DNA from: Nemertoderma westbladi
Lineage: Eukaryota > Animalia > Xenacoelomorpha
Direction of reading: 5' to 3'
Assembly (NCBI GenBank): GCA_032718475.1
Contig: JAUCBJ010006457.1
Coordinates: 1 to 47,402, forward strand
DNA: 47,402 bases
This document shows, in pieces, positions 35,775 to 47,402 of the stretch. Position numbers and translations under genes: made by a program. The stretch's first letter is position 1. Each line of letters begins with the position of its first letter. A model generated the notes under the pieces. It was not told where the DNA came from, searched no databases, and saw nothing but the letters and a program-made list of their open reading frames with translations.

Positions 35775-37762
35775 GTTCGTGAACGTTATTACTTACTGAT
35801 CCTACATTTATTATCTTAAGAGCCTCTTTATAAAAAAAAATTAAGATAAAGGATATTACAGTCCCTATCTCATTCTAGATACCGTTTCTCAAACTGGGTA
35901 CCTTTTCTCTTACCGCACTCTTACTAACTCAAACCTGTCTGGTTTACTCAAACCCACTCAAACTCGCGTAACCACCCACTGTGCACTGTGTAGCATTCAT
36001 CCAACAAGCTGTCTGTGTTTAATGGCCCACTCGCTTCTGTTATACTCTGCCTACGGGTTTGATGGTCTCCTGCTGTTACAGTATAACATTCCCTAAACTT
36101 GATTTGTTTGTGTGTAATTAACTCCAGTAGAGAGTGACAATTAATATTGCAGACTCAGTGACTCAAATTATTTTTAAATTTCAGAATAAAAAAATTATAT
36201 GCTAAATTATTAAACTGAAGATTTATTAATTTTTTATTACATTTATTAAGTATGTATGACTCATAACATATTAACGTTATTTTACATTAAAATATAACAA
36301 TATAATATAACCAACCAATTTTATAAATTTATTTTAATTTCGCGTATATTTCGCTAATGTTTCTAATGTATAACTTTAATGTTTTACTAATGTTTAATTC
36401 TCTATTACATCGTCAACACAATTATTCGCAATACATCCGGGTGTGGGTATACCGGGCAAAGGGGCCAGAGGAAACCTCTGTAATTATAGACAGGGCCATA
36501 TTTATGGGAGGGGGGTGTTGCGAGGTCCCATATGCACTAATAATTCTTAATTAACCATTATTATTTTTAAACTGATATATCTTGTAAGGCACCAATTGAC
36601 ATCAAAGACAGACAACAGAGCACCAATTTCCCCCAACAATATTCCCAGAATTAAAACTTTCTCTACAAACAGACCGAGCCAGTGTGGTTTAGTTAACAAC
36701 ATACATTTAGTAAAGCCCACAAAGGAACTGCGTGATTGACATGTCTTCTATGAGACACACGCAAGGCGGCCTGTCCAGCTTATGTAATTCAACCCGAACC
36801 CATTAACTCAAGAGCCCAAGCAACAGACAAATGCCCCTTCCCCATGTGGTGCCTCACTCAACCAGAGTAATTATCCATCCTGTACAGAGGAAGAGTAATG
36901 CTGAGTATGGCACAGTTGGAAGTCAATCTAACTCAAACCATGGCGCCAGACTCTAGTTTGAGTTAGATTGAGCTGACTGCATCTTTCTGATTTCTCAACT
37001 CTTACCCCAGTCTTACCTACTGAAATTCTCCGTTGACTATCATTAGTAAAAGGTTTGAGAAATGATACCCAGTTTGAGAAATAATATTCAGAATGAGATA
37101 GGGACTGTAGGGATGAGGATGCAGTACATGGGGATGGAGTACTTGTAAACATCAGTCCCCATACAAACTACTTTACATTAGTAACCAAGATTAGGTGTAG
37201 GCCTATCGCTGTATCGGTGGTACCAACCCGTAGGCCTGCCTACAGTGCAGTACAGATATTTCAACTTTTAGTTTACTTTCAATTTCCTCCAATATCCTGT
37301 GATTTCATACATGATCAAAATCTGTAAAACGATTGTACTGGTACCGCGACCGGTAGTAGGGGTAGGCCTAGGCCGTTTATCTGATTGCGAATATACACTG
37401 TGTGCAGAGCGTGAGGTAGAGGTACTACTAGACTAGCGGTCCGGTAACAATGCTGAACCGCATTGCTGATTGCTGATACCCTGTAATTCTCGATAACCCC
37501 ACCACCCACTGCAGCACTGCCCACGGTCACTATCAACAGCAAAGGAAGGCTGGCATGGATTCGTATTCACCTGAATTGAATCTCCACATTGAAGAAGATT
37601 ACCTAGATTACCATAGATATCTACGTTATTTTAAACTTCTCCACACACAAGGTCAAACGAACCCTTCAAAGCCTACAGGATCTGTTCCACCTATACTACT
37701 GTAGGCAAGATGATGTTCAAGTGGCCAGGAATCACGAGATGTTAAAGCACTTAAAAGGCTAC

Positions 37763-38268
37763 AACGAGGCATACAGTATACAGTAGGAGCGGAAGTTGGC
37801 TCCACGGTGTTTAGTAGAACGAGGCATACAGTATACAGTAGGCCTACAGTAGGAGCGGAAGTTGGCTCCACGGTGTTTAGTAGAACGAGGCATACAGTAT
37901 ACAGTAGGCCTACAGTAGGAGCGGAAGTTGGCTCCACGGTGTTTAGTAGAACGAGGCATACAGTATACAGTAGGCCTACAGTAGGAGCGGAAGTTGGCTC
38001 CACGGTGTTTAGTAGAACGAGGCATACAGTATACAGTAGGCCTACAGTAGGAGCGGAAGTTGGCTCCACGGTGTTTAGTAGAACGAGGCATACAGTATAC
38101 AGTAGGAGCGGAAGTTGGCTCCACGGTGTTTAGTAGAACGAGGCATACAGTATACAGTAGGCCTACAGTAGGAGCGGAAGTTGGCTCCACGGTGTTTAGT
38201 AGAACGAGGCATACAGTATACAGTAGGCCTACAGTAGGAGCGGAAGTTGGCTCCACGGTGTTTAGTAG
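37763..38268. repeat. Minisatellite: 8 units (six of 66 bp, two of 55 bp)
   Basis: Unit AACGAGGCATACAGTATACAGTAGG[CCTACAGTAGG]AGCGGAAGTTGGCTCCACGGTGTTTAGTAG; units 1 and 6 lack the bracketed 11 bp. Confidence 0.97.
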
Positions 38269-38769
38269 GCCTATCTGCCTATATGTATGTATCTGTGTAT
38301 GGAAGGGATTTTTGAAAGCTTTGTAAACCGTGGCGATCTGTGGATCCGAGTTCTCACAGGTATTGGTTGGTTCGGAAGGCTCTACCGGTACCGGTACCAG
38401 TAGTTATCCTTGCAGTTTCGAGACTTGTTTAGATTGTGCTGGTTATTTTTTGTTTTTTTGGTTTTATTTTCTTAATTTGTACCGGTTGACCGGTATGACC
38501 CTGAAAATGGCCCGACTGGTATCAGCGGCGCGAGTATACAGTATGTATTAAATTCCATAATAAATTTATTAGATAAACCGGTATCATAGCAGCATACGGT
38601 AACAGAATACTGTAACAGCATACGGTAGCGTCATTATAAGTTCAGTAGAGGGATGGAGTACGAAAATGCTAAAATAACCAGCTCATGTTTAACAATAATT
38701 TGTTGTTAAGTTGCGCCGGTTTTATTGCTAACAGGTAGCCGGGACTAGTTTTGTTAACTCTTGTCCTTA

Positions 38770-39153
38770 TTCGGTATATCTTTTCGCCGTATCAGTATGC
38801 ATTTGCCGTATCCGTTTGCACATACGCGTATGTGCGTATGTAATGGATTCTTATGGAGAATAATCCGTATGTGATTTTAGAGATTAGGCATTGCGGACCA
38901 GTAAGAAGTGCACTGCACACATGCAGACTTCAGACAGGTAGGCCTACTTAAAGCTAAGTGATTTAAAGAGTGTGGCTGCCGCTACCTTTTGTGTGCTGTG
39001 CATTTCTTCCTGGACCGCAATAATGCCTAATCTTTAAAATCACATACGGAGTATTCACCATAGGAATCCATTACATACGCACATACGCGTATGTGTATAC
39101 GGATACGGTGAATACATTACGGATACGGATACGGCGAAAAGTTATACCCGTCA
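38770..39153. mobile_element. Foldback MITE with ~150-bp inverted arms, possibly PIF/Harbinger-type
   Basis: GGTATA.CTTTTCGCCGTATC... mirrored at 39149; TTA on both flanks. Confidence 0.8.
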
Positions 39154-39488
39154 TTATTGGCCAATTTGGGAGTAGTGCTAATCCTACAGTATCTATCCAC
39201 CAACCAAACAAACGGTTTACTCTATGTCCCATTTGTATTTTTGAAAATTGAACCTGCCGATATAATAAAGAAATTTTATCGTTAATTTTTGTTATAGAAT
39301 TTGTATTATTTTTAGTTTATTATAGTTTTATAAATAAATGCTTTATTGTTATTCGTTAAATTAAATTCTGCTCATTCATTTTTCATTATTGGAGGGTTTA
39401 AACCACACAACATACCACCCTTTTGATTACACGTCCTTGTAAGTCTACTACTGTACTAGTATCGGCATGCTGCATTGCAGCTGCATTT

Positions 39489-40230
39489 TTAAGAATGCTG
39501 TGCCGGCTTGTCGACAAAATTGCGACAACTATCACCCATGACATTTGCTAGATCATCCGCATCTTCAAGGCCAGTGTCATTTAAGATGCGTCTCAAGAAA
39601 GTCATGGGCTGTCCACCATGCTTATTCACTCCATGAGGCTGCCAAAGTACAAGATTATGCACTGGCTGGTCCTCACGGCGAAAGCAATGTCCTGCAAAGC
39701 GGAGTCGATTTTGTTCTAGTGTCAAGCTTGGGGGAACCAATGAGACACCTCCAATGTTATATATGTCTGGTTGGAGATGTGTGCATTATATTTGACACAA
39801 TGAACCCGGCGTAGCATTCTTGTGAATGTGCCATCCAGAGATTTGGTGTCCTCAGCAGTTAGAGCCCAGCATGGACTCCCATAGAGGAGTACTGGAACTA
39901 CTGCTGCTCTAAATAATCGGACCTTAAGTTTCCGATTAATTCTCGGTGACTTCCCAATCCTGGAAAGCCTATTCAAGGCAGCCCATGCCTTTCCCTTACG
40001 TATTCGAAGGTCCTCACCTGACTTCCGGATCCATGATCCCAGGTAACAGAAGTCGTCCACATACTCAAGCATACCATCCTTTGAGCTTATGCTCATCCGA
40101 TCACAGACTTGCTGAGAACTTTCAAAGTTAACTGTCAAAATTTTGGTCTTTCTGGAGTTAATAAAAAGACCAACACTAGAAGCAGCATGTTCTAATGAGC
40201 TGAGGAGCCGTTGGGCTCCCTCTAGTGATT
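39489..40230 (-). mobile_element. RTE-like LINE 3' fragment (RT thumb and C-terminus)
   Basis: VGLFINSRKTK, DDFCYLGSWI, RKGKAWAA, LFRAAV.PVLLYGS..W, RLRFAGHCFR; frameshifted. Confidence 0.88.
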
Positions 40231-41606
40231 CTGAGAGATTCTGAGAAATTAAGTTACATCTTTATTTAACAAAGTCCCTATGTAGCAAAACAAATTAATG
40301 TAACATATTAACATTAACCCAAACTGTACTTGCGCTGATTTTTTTCATTGGGATGGGTTGAATCGGTTGGATTTACTGTAATTCAACCATAAATAGTTCA
40401 GTTCATACGTACGTGTACAAAAATAAGCATAGTTTCTGATCTCTGGCTCTGGTCTCCGGTATTTTCCATAATAATTCTCTGGGTAGGTCTCTGGTTCACC
40501 GGGATTAAGAAAAATAGTTCTCTGTTTCAACTCTACCGTCCTCCCATTTAGTACTGTAACTCAGCTTTCCTTACCACCGCCGCCAAGTTGCAGGGAGGAC
40601 TTCCGTGCCAGACTTTTCTGACACACCCTGTCAATCAACTAACTATGACATTGTGCGATTGTTCAATGCATCCAACAGCGGTGAAATCAAAGTTATGGGG
40701 CTTTCTCCAGGTTTGGGTCTCTAAAGGTCTGGGTTTTATGTGTAGTCAACTTCCAGGTTCGCCTGGGTCAGTTTCAAGGACCAGGACCTGGACTCCATAA
40801 TGATCCAGGGATGTGGATCCAGGAGAAGTCGTATTGACGTTGGTACTGTCGACTTGTTTAAAAATGTTTCAATTTTTAAAAAAATTACCGCGTATATACC
40901 GGCGAATAAAGTACTTTTTATAAGAACTTTTTGTTTTCCTATAAAGTAATACCTTATTCATCGATTTGTAGTTAATATCTTCTTTCCTTCATTTTCCTTT
41001 AATCGATTAGAGTTCGTACTCAAGTCGCGGCGGCACAGAAACCCGAGCCCGCGTTTAGGAAAGTCGTTACCCAAAGCGAACTGTTGGGCTACGATAGTAA
41101 GAAAGAAGATAAAGGTGCGTTACCAATAATTCACTAAAGGAAGATAGTAAATAATTAATTTATCGTTACGGTAATTAGTTAATAACATTTATTCAATTAA
41201 CAAAGATAGAACATAATTATTCAGAACCTGCAGAACCCGCATCCAGTGTTTTGTTTTTCTACTAATTACTATTGAGTCTATTTTAATTTAAAGAATCATC
41301 CTTCTAATTTGTTTTTAGTACGAGACCGTATTATTTATGTAGGCCTATATTGTTATTGTTTTTTTTAATCAATGTTCATTAACTTAATTAACGATAAGTA
41401 ATAATTGGTACAATAATACTTTTTAAAAGGGGGGGGGGGGGGTGGGTGGTACACCATTTTAGTCCAAAATATGTCCAAAAAATATGTCCTGATCGACTGC
41501 ACGATCAGCTTTACCCTTTCTATACAATGATAGCAACAGTGACAGAGGCACACACATACTTAATGAATCTAAAAATTATTTTTAGGATCTATTATAATGC
41601 ACGATT

Positions 41607-42040
41607 TTCAAGGAAAGAGGCGCCGCTTAGCGGCGCAGTTCCTATCTAACGCTTTCCATCATAAGATCTGCCGTACCAATAAATGTTGGAGGCCGGTCAC
41701 AGGTCTGTCGTCTCTGTGGTCAACCTGCGGAGGAATATTCACACTATCTTGATTGTCAGTTATTAGGACATCTAAATCTAACAACTACAACTAGCCGCTC
41801 ACTTCAACTACAAATTATTATAATAGCGGAACTCCGACATGGGGACGACCCCCATTCCGCTCACCTCAACTACAAATTATTATTATAGCGGAACTCCGAC
41901 ATAGGGACGACTCTATGTCAGGCTGATTTATATAACTTTTAATATATATATTTATTTTTAATTTAATAACTTTTAATAATTGATTTTAATTTAATTTTAA
42001 CACACAACGCTTTATTGTAATAAAGAAATATAATTGTCTC
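41607..42040 (+). mobile_element. 5'-truncated LINE 3' end (I/Jockey-like CCHC knuckle) with a 12-bp TSD
   Basis: TAATGCACGATT at 41595-606 and 42041-52; encodes NAFHHKI and CRLCGQPAEEYSHYLDC; internal ~55-bp duplication; AATAAA near the 3' end. Confidence 0.75.
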
Positions 42041-42333
42041 TAATGCACGATTAAATTGTGTTTCCAAATCTGAAAACCGCTATTTAATAGCTCTTTTAGT
42101 TTTCCAAGTTATAACAATTTCCATTTAGGGAGACCTATTGAAATTACTATTACTATGTATAATGAAAGGTCGATTATCTCCAAATAATTTTTTTATGAAA
42201 ATGTCAACTTCAAAACTCTAATACTTCTACAAATTTTGAGCAATTAGTATGAAACTTTCTGTGGGTTTCTACACATGCCTGCATAAAAGTATCAGATAAC
42301 TTTTTGAACATTTTAGTACTATTTAATACTATT

Positions 42334-43325
42334 TGTGGCTGGCCACGAGAAAAGGGACCTTATGTTACCGGAGGTCGATTTTGAGTTATTAGGCCTATGA
42401 GATGCAGAATTTTACAGAGATTTTAACAAAAAAAACCGTGTCTCAATATCTATTTCCAAAAAAAAGTTATGGTGATTTATGTGAAGGTGAATCGGGTAGC
42501 TCATTTCAAAATAATGCTTGCTATATACTGTAGTTAGGCAGGTCAATGTTATTCGGCTTTTTATCAAACTTTTAACACTTTGAAATTATTAATATTGTTA
42601 ATGAACTATTAAAAAAAAAATTTTGCAAAATTTTCAAAAAAAACATGTAGGCCCCTAACCAAAAAATTTTTTTTTTGTAAATTTAAAATTTTTTTCAAAA
42701 AAATAAATTGTTTTCCTAAAAAATTTACATTCTAGAACATTATCGCCCCCTAGCGCTAGACTATTGAATATTACAGGCTAGAATTCATTCTCCAGTGTCA
42801 TTTTATATTGTAGAAGGTGTCTACAAAATCTCCAAATAAACAGACAGGAATTACCAAAATGACAAGCAATTTACATTCTAAAACAATATCGCCCCCTAGC
42901 GGTAGACTATGGAATATTATAGTCTGGGATTCATTCTTCAATGTCACTTAATATCACAGTAGGTGCTTACAAAATGTCAGAAGTAACAAACATAAATTCA
43001 CAAAATGACAGCCACATTGCATTTAAAAAATAACTGTAGGCCTACCTACCCGTATTAGTACAATTTATTAAAGTCCTAAATTCGGACATGAAAACCCTAA
43101 GACAGTGGGATATACAATACTTCAACATCTTATATTGCTTAGTGTAATTAGTTATTTCCTAGGTATATTGAATATCAGAACCAATTTGAATTTCCCTCAT
43201 CGTTTTATACATTTCTAAATTGATAATCCAATTAAATTTGTTCAAAAATAGAGGGAAACTTTAAACGCGATTATCTCAGAATCAGGTTTTGCGACATGAG
43301 GTCCCTTTTCTCGTGGCCAGCCACA
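42334..43325. mobile_element. Non-autonomous TIR element (~32-bp TIRs) with an internal ~146-bp direct repeat
   Basis: TGTGGCTGGCCACGAGAAAAGGGACCT(T/C)ATGT at both ends, inverted; the host MITE resumes on both sides. Confidence 0.88.
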
Positions 43326-43991
43326 TTTATATTAAACCTTAAAATCAGCATGAATAAAATGCAGCGCCATCTAGCGGTGCAGGTTCATTTTCACAAAATT
43401 TCGCCTTTTGCATTTCAAAATCAAATCAAGTAACGGTAAATAATGTTAATTAATTAGGTTAAAAATTCAAAATTTTGAATTTTTTTTAATCCACCTATTA
43501 ATTGTACTGTATGTATATTAGGCACGCCTATTGTATTGTACAGTATGTACGTATACCAAATGTCAAATAATTTTGGGTAAAATAAAGTCTCCTAAATAAG
43601 GAAACAAAAATGTTTAGGCGACTAGTGACCACCCCCCCCCCCCCCTCCCACCCCTCTCCTTGACAAACGAACAAACGGTGGCAATCACCCACGCCGTAGA
43701 AATGCAGAATACACATCGGTTTGAACTTTGTACATATAAAGCTTACGTTATAATGATTCCAAATATGTTACACAATATCTAAATTTCGTTGAGAAACAGC
43801 TGATAGGCGTTCAAATATTGCAAGAATTATCGTTCGCTGAAAATTATTCCATTTAATAAATTGATACCATTCTAGAATGTATTATTTATCTCATTATTTG
43901 TAGGTGTGCAACAACTGTAGGCCTATTGTTCCTATATAGTTCCAGAACATTGTATGATTATTGAATATAATTAAACCTTGTTACATACCGT

Positions 43992-44126
43992 ATTTGGAAT
44001 CCTTTGTAGTAACACAAGGTTCCCAATGATATGTAAAACCCGATTTGGAATCCTTGTAGTAACACAAGCTTCCCAATGATATGTAAAACCCGATTTGGAA
44101 TCCTTGTAGTAACACAAAGCTTCCCA
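43992..44126. repeat. ~50-bp tandem repeat (about 2.7 copies) derived from the foldback family arm
   Basis: ATTTGGAATCCTTGTAGTAACACAAG.TTCCCAATGATATGTAAAACCCG; compare ATTTGGAATCCTTGC at 15391. Confidence 0.85.
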
Positions 44127-44264
44127 CTGCTCTATCCTGTTTGGGGGCCTCCCAGTCTATTCAGAGTTCCGGTAGGTCTATACAGCTGACTGTTGATTCT
44201 CAATTAAATTTGGTTTTAAATTTGGTTTTAAATTTGATTTTCTATTCTACAACATTCCTCACGT

Positions 44265-44660
44265 TTATTATTATTAATATTATTATTATCTTTGTTTAAT
44301 CTGACACTATAGGTCCATTGTAGGTACAAGATATATTTAATTACATACATACAAGTAGTAGAAGTATACAGACCACATTATATAAATTTACCTAGATAAC
44401 AGAATAAATACAAAATCAGAAATTTAGGTTACCCCAAGTACCACTAACCACCTCTTGCGCAACACCGAGAGAGGAGAAACGTTAGCAATTGCACGAATAA
44501 TGATGTTTTGTGAAACATCAATACGTCGTAGCAAAGAAAAAATATTACTTCTCTGCATAATAGCCCTAAAAGTATTGATCCTATTATTTACAAAAATTTC
44601 ACTAGCGTCCTCAGTTCTAGAATATTTGAAAAGTGATCTAAAAGCAGTATTATAATTAAA
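44265..44660 (-). mobile_element. Short 3' fragment of a LINE related to the 29-34 kb element
   Basis: YNTAFRSLFK...SEIFVNNRI..F....SLLRRI..SQNII aligns by eye with YNSAARIFFK...SLFFGTNNL..F...SLYNRV..TNNNIL; (TAA)n tail. Confidence 0.7.
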
Positions 44661-44689
44661 TATGATTTGTAACATCTCTATTTTTGATT

Positions 44690-45979
44690 TATACAGGTTT
44701 TTTGGTGTTAGCAATTGGATGGAATTCATATAAATTAATTTAGAAATTTCAAACTTGTGCCAAATTTTGGTGCAAGCACCAAATTTTGAAATATGTCAAT
44801 TTTATAAATTGATTGTTTGAAACTTGTTTTTTACGTAATTGGGGTTTTTCGGGGTTCTGGTTTCGATGGAATATATACGAGTGGCACCAAGCGTATCAAA
44901 CTTGTATTTTTCGGTGCTGTGTGCAAATTTTGGTGCTAGCACGAAATTTTGAAAAATCCATTCAATAGATAAAATTGCTTGTGACAATTTAGTTCTTGCG
45001 TTTTGGAGGTTTATGGCTGTTCCGAATTCAATGGAATATATAATTGTCGAAATAGACATCTCAAACTAGTCATTTTCGGAAGTGGGTGCAAAATGTGGTG
45101 CTAGCACCAAATTTTGAAAACCATCAAATATATCAATTTATTGTGTCACCTTGTTTCTTGCGTTATATGGGTTTGTGAGGGTTCTGAATTCAATGGAATC
45201 AGTAAAAATTTCCTAAGAGTTTTCAAACTTGTATTTTTCGCCGGTGTGTGAAAATTGTTGTGCCAGTACCAAATTTTTGAAATTTTGCAAATTGATCAGT
45301 AGATAGTATCATCTTGTTTCTTACGATATACGGGTTTATGAGGGTCCTGAATCCGATGGAATCAATAAAAATAGCACTGGACATCGCAAACTTGTACTTT
45401 TTGGCGATGGGTACGAAATTTCGTGGTAGCTCCAAAATTTGCCAAATTACTACGAAAAATACAAGTAGCAATGATCTGGCATATTAGATATGTATTCCAT
45501 TAGAATCAGCGCCCTAGAAAACCTGAAAATGTGAAATTATAGCGTCGTATAAATGAATTAAAAATTTTGTGTTCTAACTGAAAAATGCTGGTTACTTGTT
45601 TTGTTCATTTTTTTTTCGTTTTTTTCATCCCTACGCAGAGAGGACTAAATAGCCATTTATAGTAATCATATATATAGTTCCAATGTATTTTGCGCCCGAG
45701 AAAACCTGTATTGAAAAACAATTAGCCGAAAATTTTAAACTTCAAATTTTGTGAAAATTGTGCACCACTTGTAATTTTGGTGCTGCAATATAACCACCCC
45801 AGTACATTTTTCGAAATTTTTTTTTCGGTCGGATCCAGACTAGTGATACCTACGTACAAACAAAAAATCATACGTTTTCGTAAAAATTTGTAGATTTTAG
45901 ATGGGGGGGGGGGGTCAATATGACCCCTTTCCCCCCGATATTTCTACAACATTTTATAGCCCGGAACTAATAGGGTTAA
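44690..45979. mobile_element. Non-autonomous DNA element with ~165-bp internal tandem repeats and a piggyBac-like right end
   Basis: About five diverged units AAACTTGTATTTTT...AAATTTTGGTGCTAGCACCAAATTTTGAAA...ATGGAAT (44690-45450); terminus TAATAGGG|TTAA. Confidence 0.6.
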
Positions 45980-47402
45980 TTCATTTTCGTAAATACTAAC
46001 GTGGTGTCATTAAAGCATAATGAATTAATATTATCTTAATATCTCTATATTAATATCTTAATATTGTGGTATTATTGTGATATCTGTGATTACTCAATTT
46101 ATTCTGTGCTCTTTTTATTATATTAATTAATTTTATGGTTTTTGAAGTGTTTCGAGTGTGATTAACACTTTTTGAACATTAAATGCCAGCATGACTGATT
46201 AGAGCTTTTTTTGTGCGCTAGAACTCAAAGTAAAAGTGAAAAGTCGAAAAAAAAATACGGCTACTACGCCCCACCATAAACAACACAATATCCTCAACCC
46301 CATATGATAAAGGGTGGTAATATTATATATTATATTTGGCGCCAAATTTAAACTTTATAATTATTTGGGTGTGGGGATGTTGTATCACTTTCAGACATTA
46401 CACACTCTGTCGGCAGACTGAAAAACTGCTCATGGAAAAGCCTGAAAAATACAGACAAAGTTCTACTACATATCTACATATTGCAAAGATATTCAGATTT
46501 AACTTAAAACGGCAGACTAGATAACTGGAAAGTTTATTGTGTTCCAAATATGGTTACATTTTGTCGCAAATTAATTAGTTATATACACGATACAGCTTCT
46601 ATCAGATAGTAATTAGCACCTTGTTAGTTCGCAGACAGGAACTACCGTTGGCACAATTCAAAGTTTAAATTGCTTTGAACATCAGTGAAAAAGATTCAGT
46701 TCAGCAAAATATTGATCCCCCAACCAAGTATAATTGAATACAGAGCCCGGTGTAATTGTCTAGTCCAGGAATAACTACTGTAATATCCACGGAACCCATG
46801 GAATTTCAAAAATTGTCAGTCATACGAAGTTTTCATCCTTTTCTTTTTATACACTTCTACCACAAAAATTAGTTGAATTTGTCTGTTCTTCTTGAAGTAA
46901 CCGTTGTAACAATATAAATAATTATGACACAGTAAATATTTAAATTGATATTTAATTAATATGTATGTTTATTATTTTAGAAGTTACTCATGAAGCAGTT
47001 TTCTTTAAAGCATTCGGGAATCGAAAGATTCGAATTCCTAGAATAATACATGAGTTGAAGATTCCAGACACTATCAACTCGTCATCTTGGCTTTATAACG
47101 CCTGTTTATGTCTGGTTACTATTGGTTACCTTTATAATTGTATATTCATACCACTAAGAGGTTAGTATAAGATATATATTATTATAGATGTAGATTTTAG
47201 ACTGCATGTTTATAATGTCCCCACATTTAATTAAATTTAGCGTTGCCCATTTATTCGTTATAATCAATTTATTGTTATGTGGTGGGGTGGTGGCGAAGTG
47301 AATTATGTAATAGGCAGTAGTTGTATGATAATGGGAGCCCGAATAGGCTCGGTTTATATTTTTCGATGGAGAGCATATAATACTGTTATATTATATAATA
47401 TA

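Noticed and set aside
37763-38268. CRISPR-like array, or the repetitive ORFs across it
   Set aside because: No unique spacers and no cas genes in a eukaryotic context; the ORFs are by-products of a stop-poor 66-bp unit.
40340-40860. GC-richer stretch with repeated CCAGG/CCTGG and short ORFs
   Set aside because: No recognisable domain, splice pattern or termini; left unannotated.
46336-46524. Third exon of the 25.7-kb gene (acceptor at about 46394 is phase compatible)
   Set aside because: Sequence is homologous to the 23.3-kb repeat, has no good donor before the stop and shows no protein motif.

Overview
AT-rich eukaryotic DNA, most likely from an invertebrate animal given the spliceosomal introns, the F-type lectin and the TE spectrum. 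It is dominated by nested and decayed transposable elements. From left to right: the 5' half of a BEL/Pao LTR retrotransposon on the minus strand (gag at 2707 running off the left edge; candidate 1.63-kb LTR at 3763-5389); a BED-finger relic; a diverged, oppositely oriented partial copy of a related LTR (about 5680-6450); a Gypsy integrase/3'LTR remnant; a decayed CRE-like RLE non-LTR element; an RTE-like LINE; several CR1/L2-group LINEs, one near full length (about 29150-34390); many MITE/foldback elements; and tandem repeats. Two host genes are partly visible on the plus strand: the last two exons of a gene ending in a variant F-type lectin domain (16376-17101), and two phase-compatible N-terminal exons of an unidentified protein (25701-26023, 35622-35774). 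The most unusual signal is that both LTR copies carry a tRNA-like Pol III cassette at the same position, ahead of a triple-CCAAT/TATA promoter and a conserved block of putative RNA motifs. One of the two copies sits upstream of a gag-coding BEL/Pao body. All family assignments are by motif recognition only; no database searches were run.
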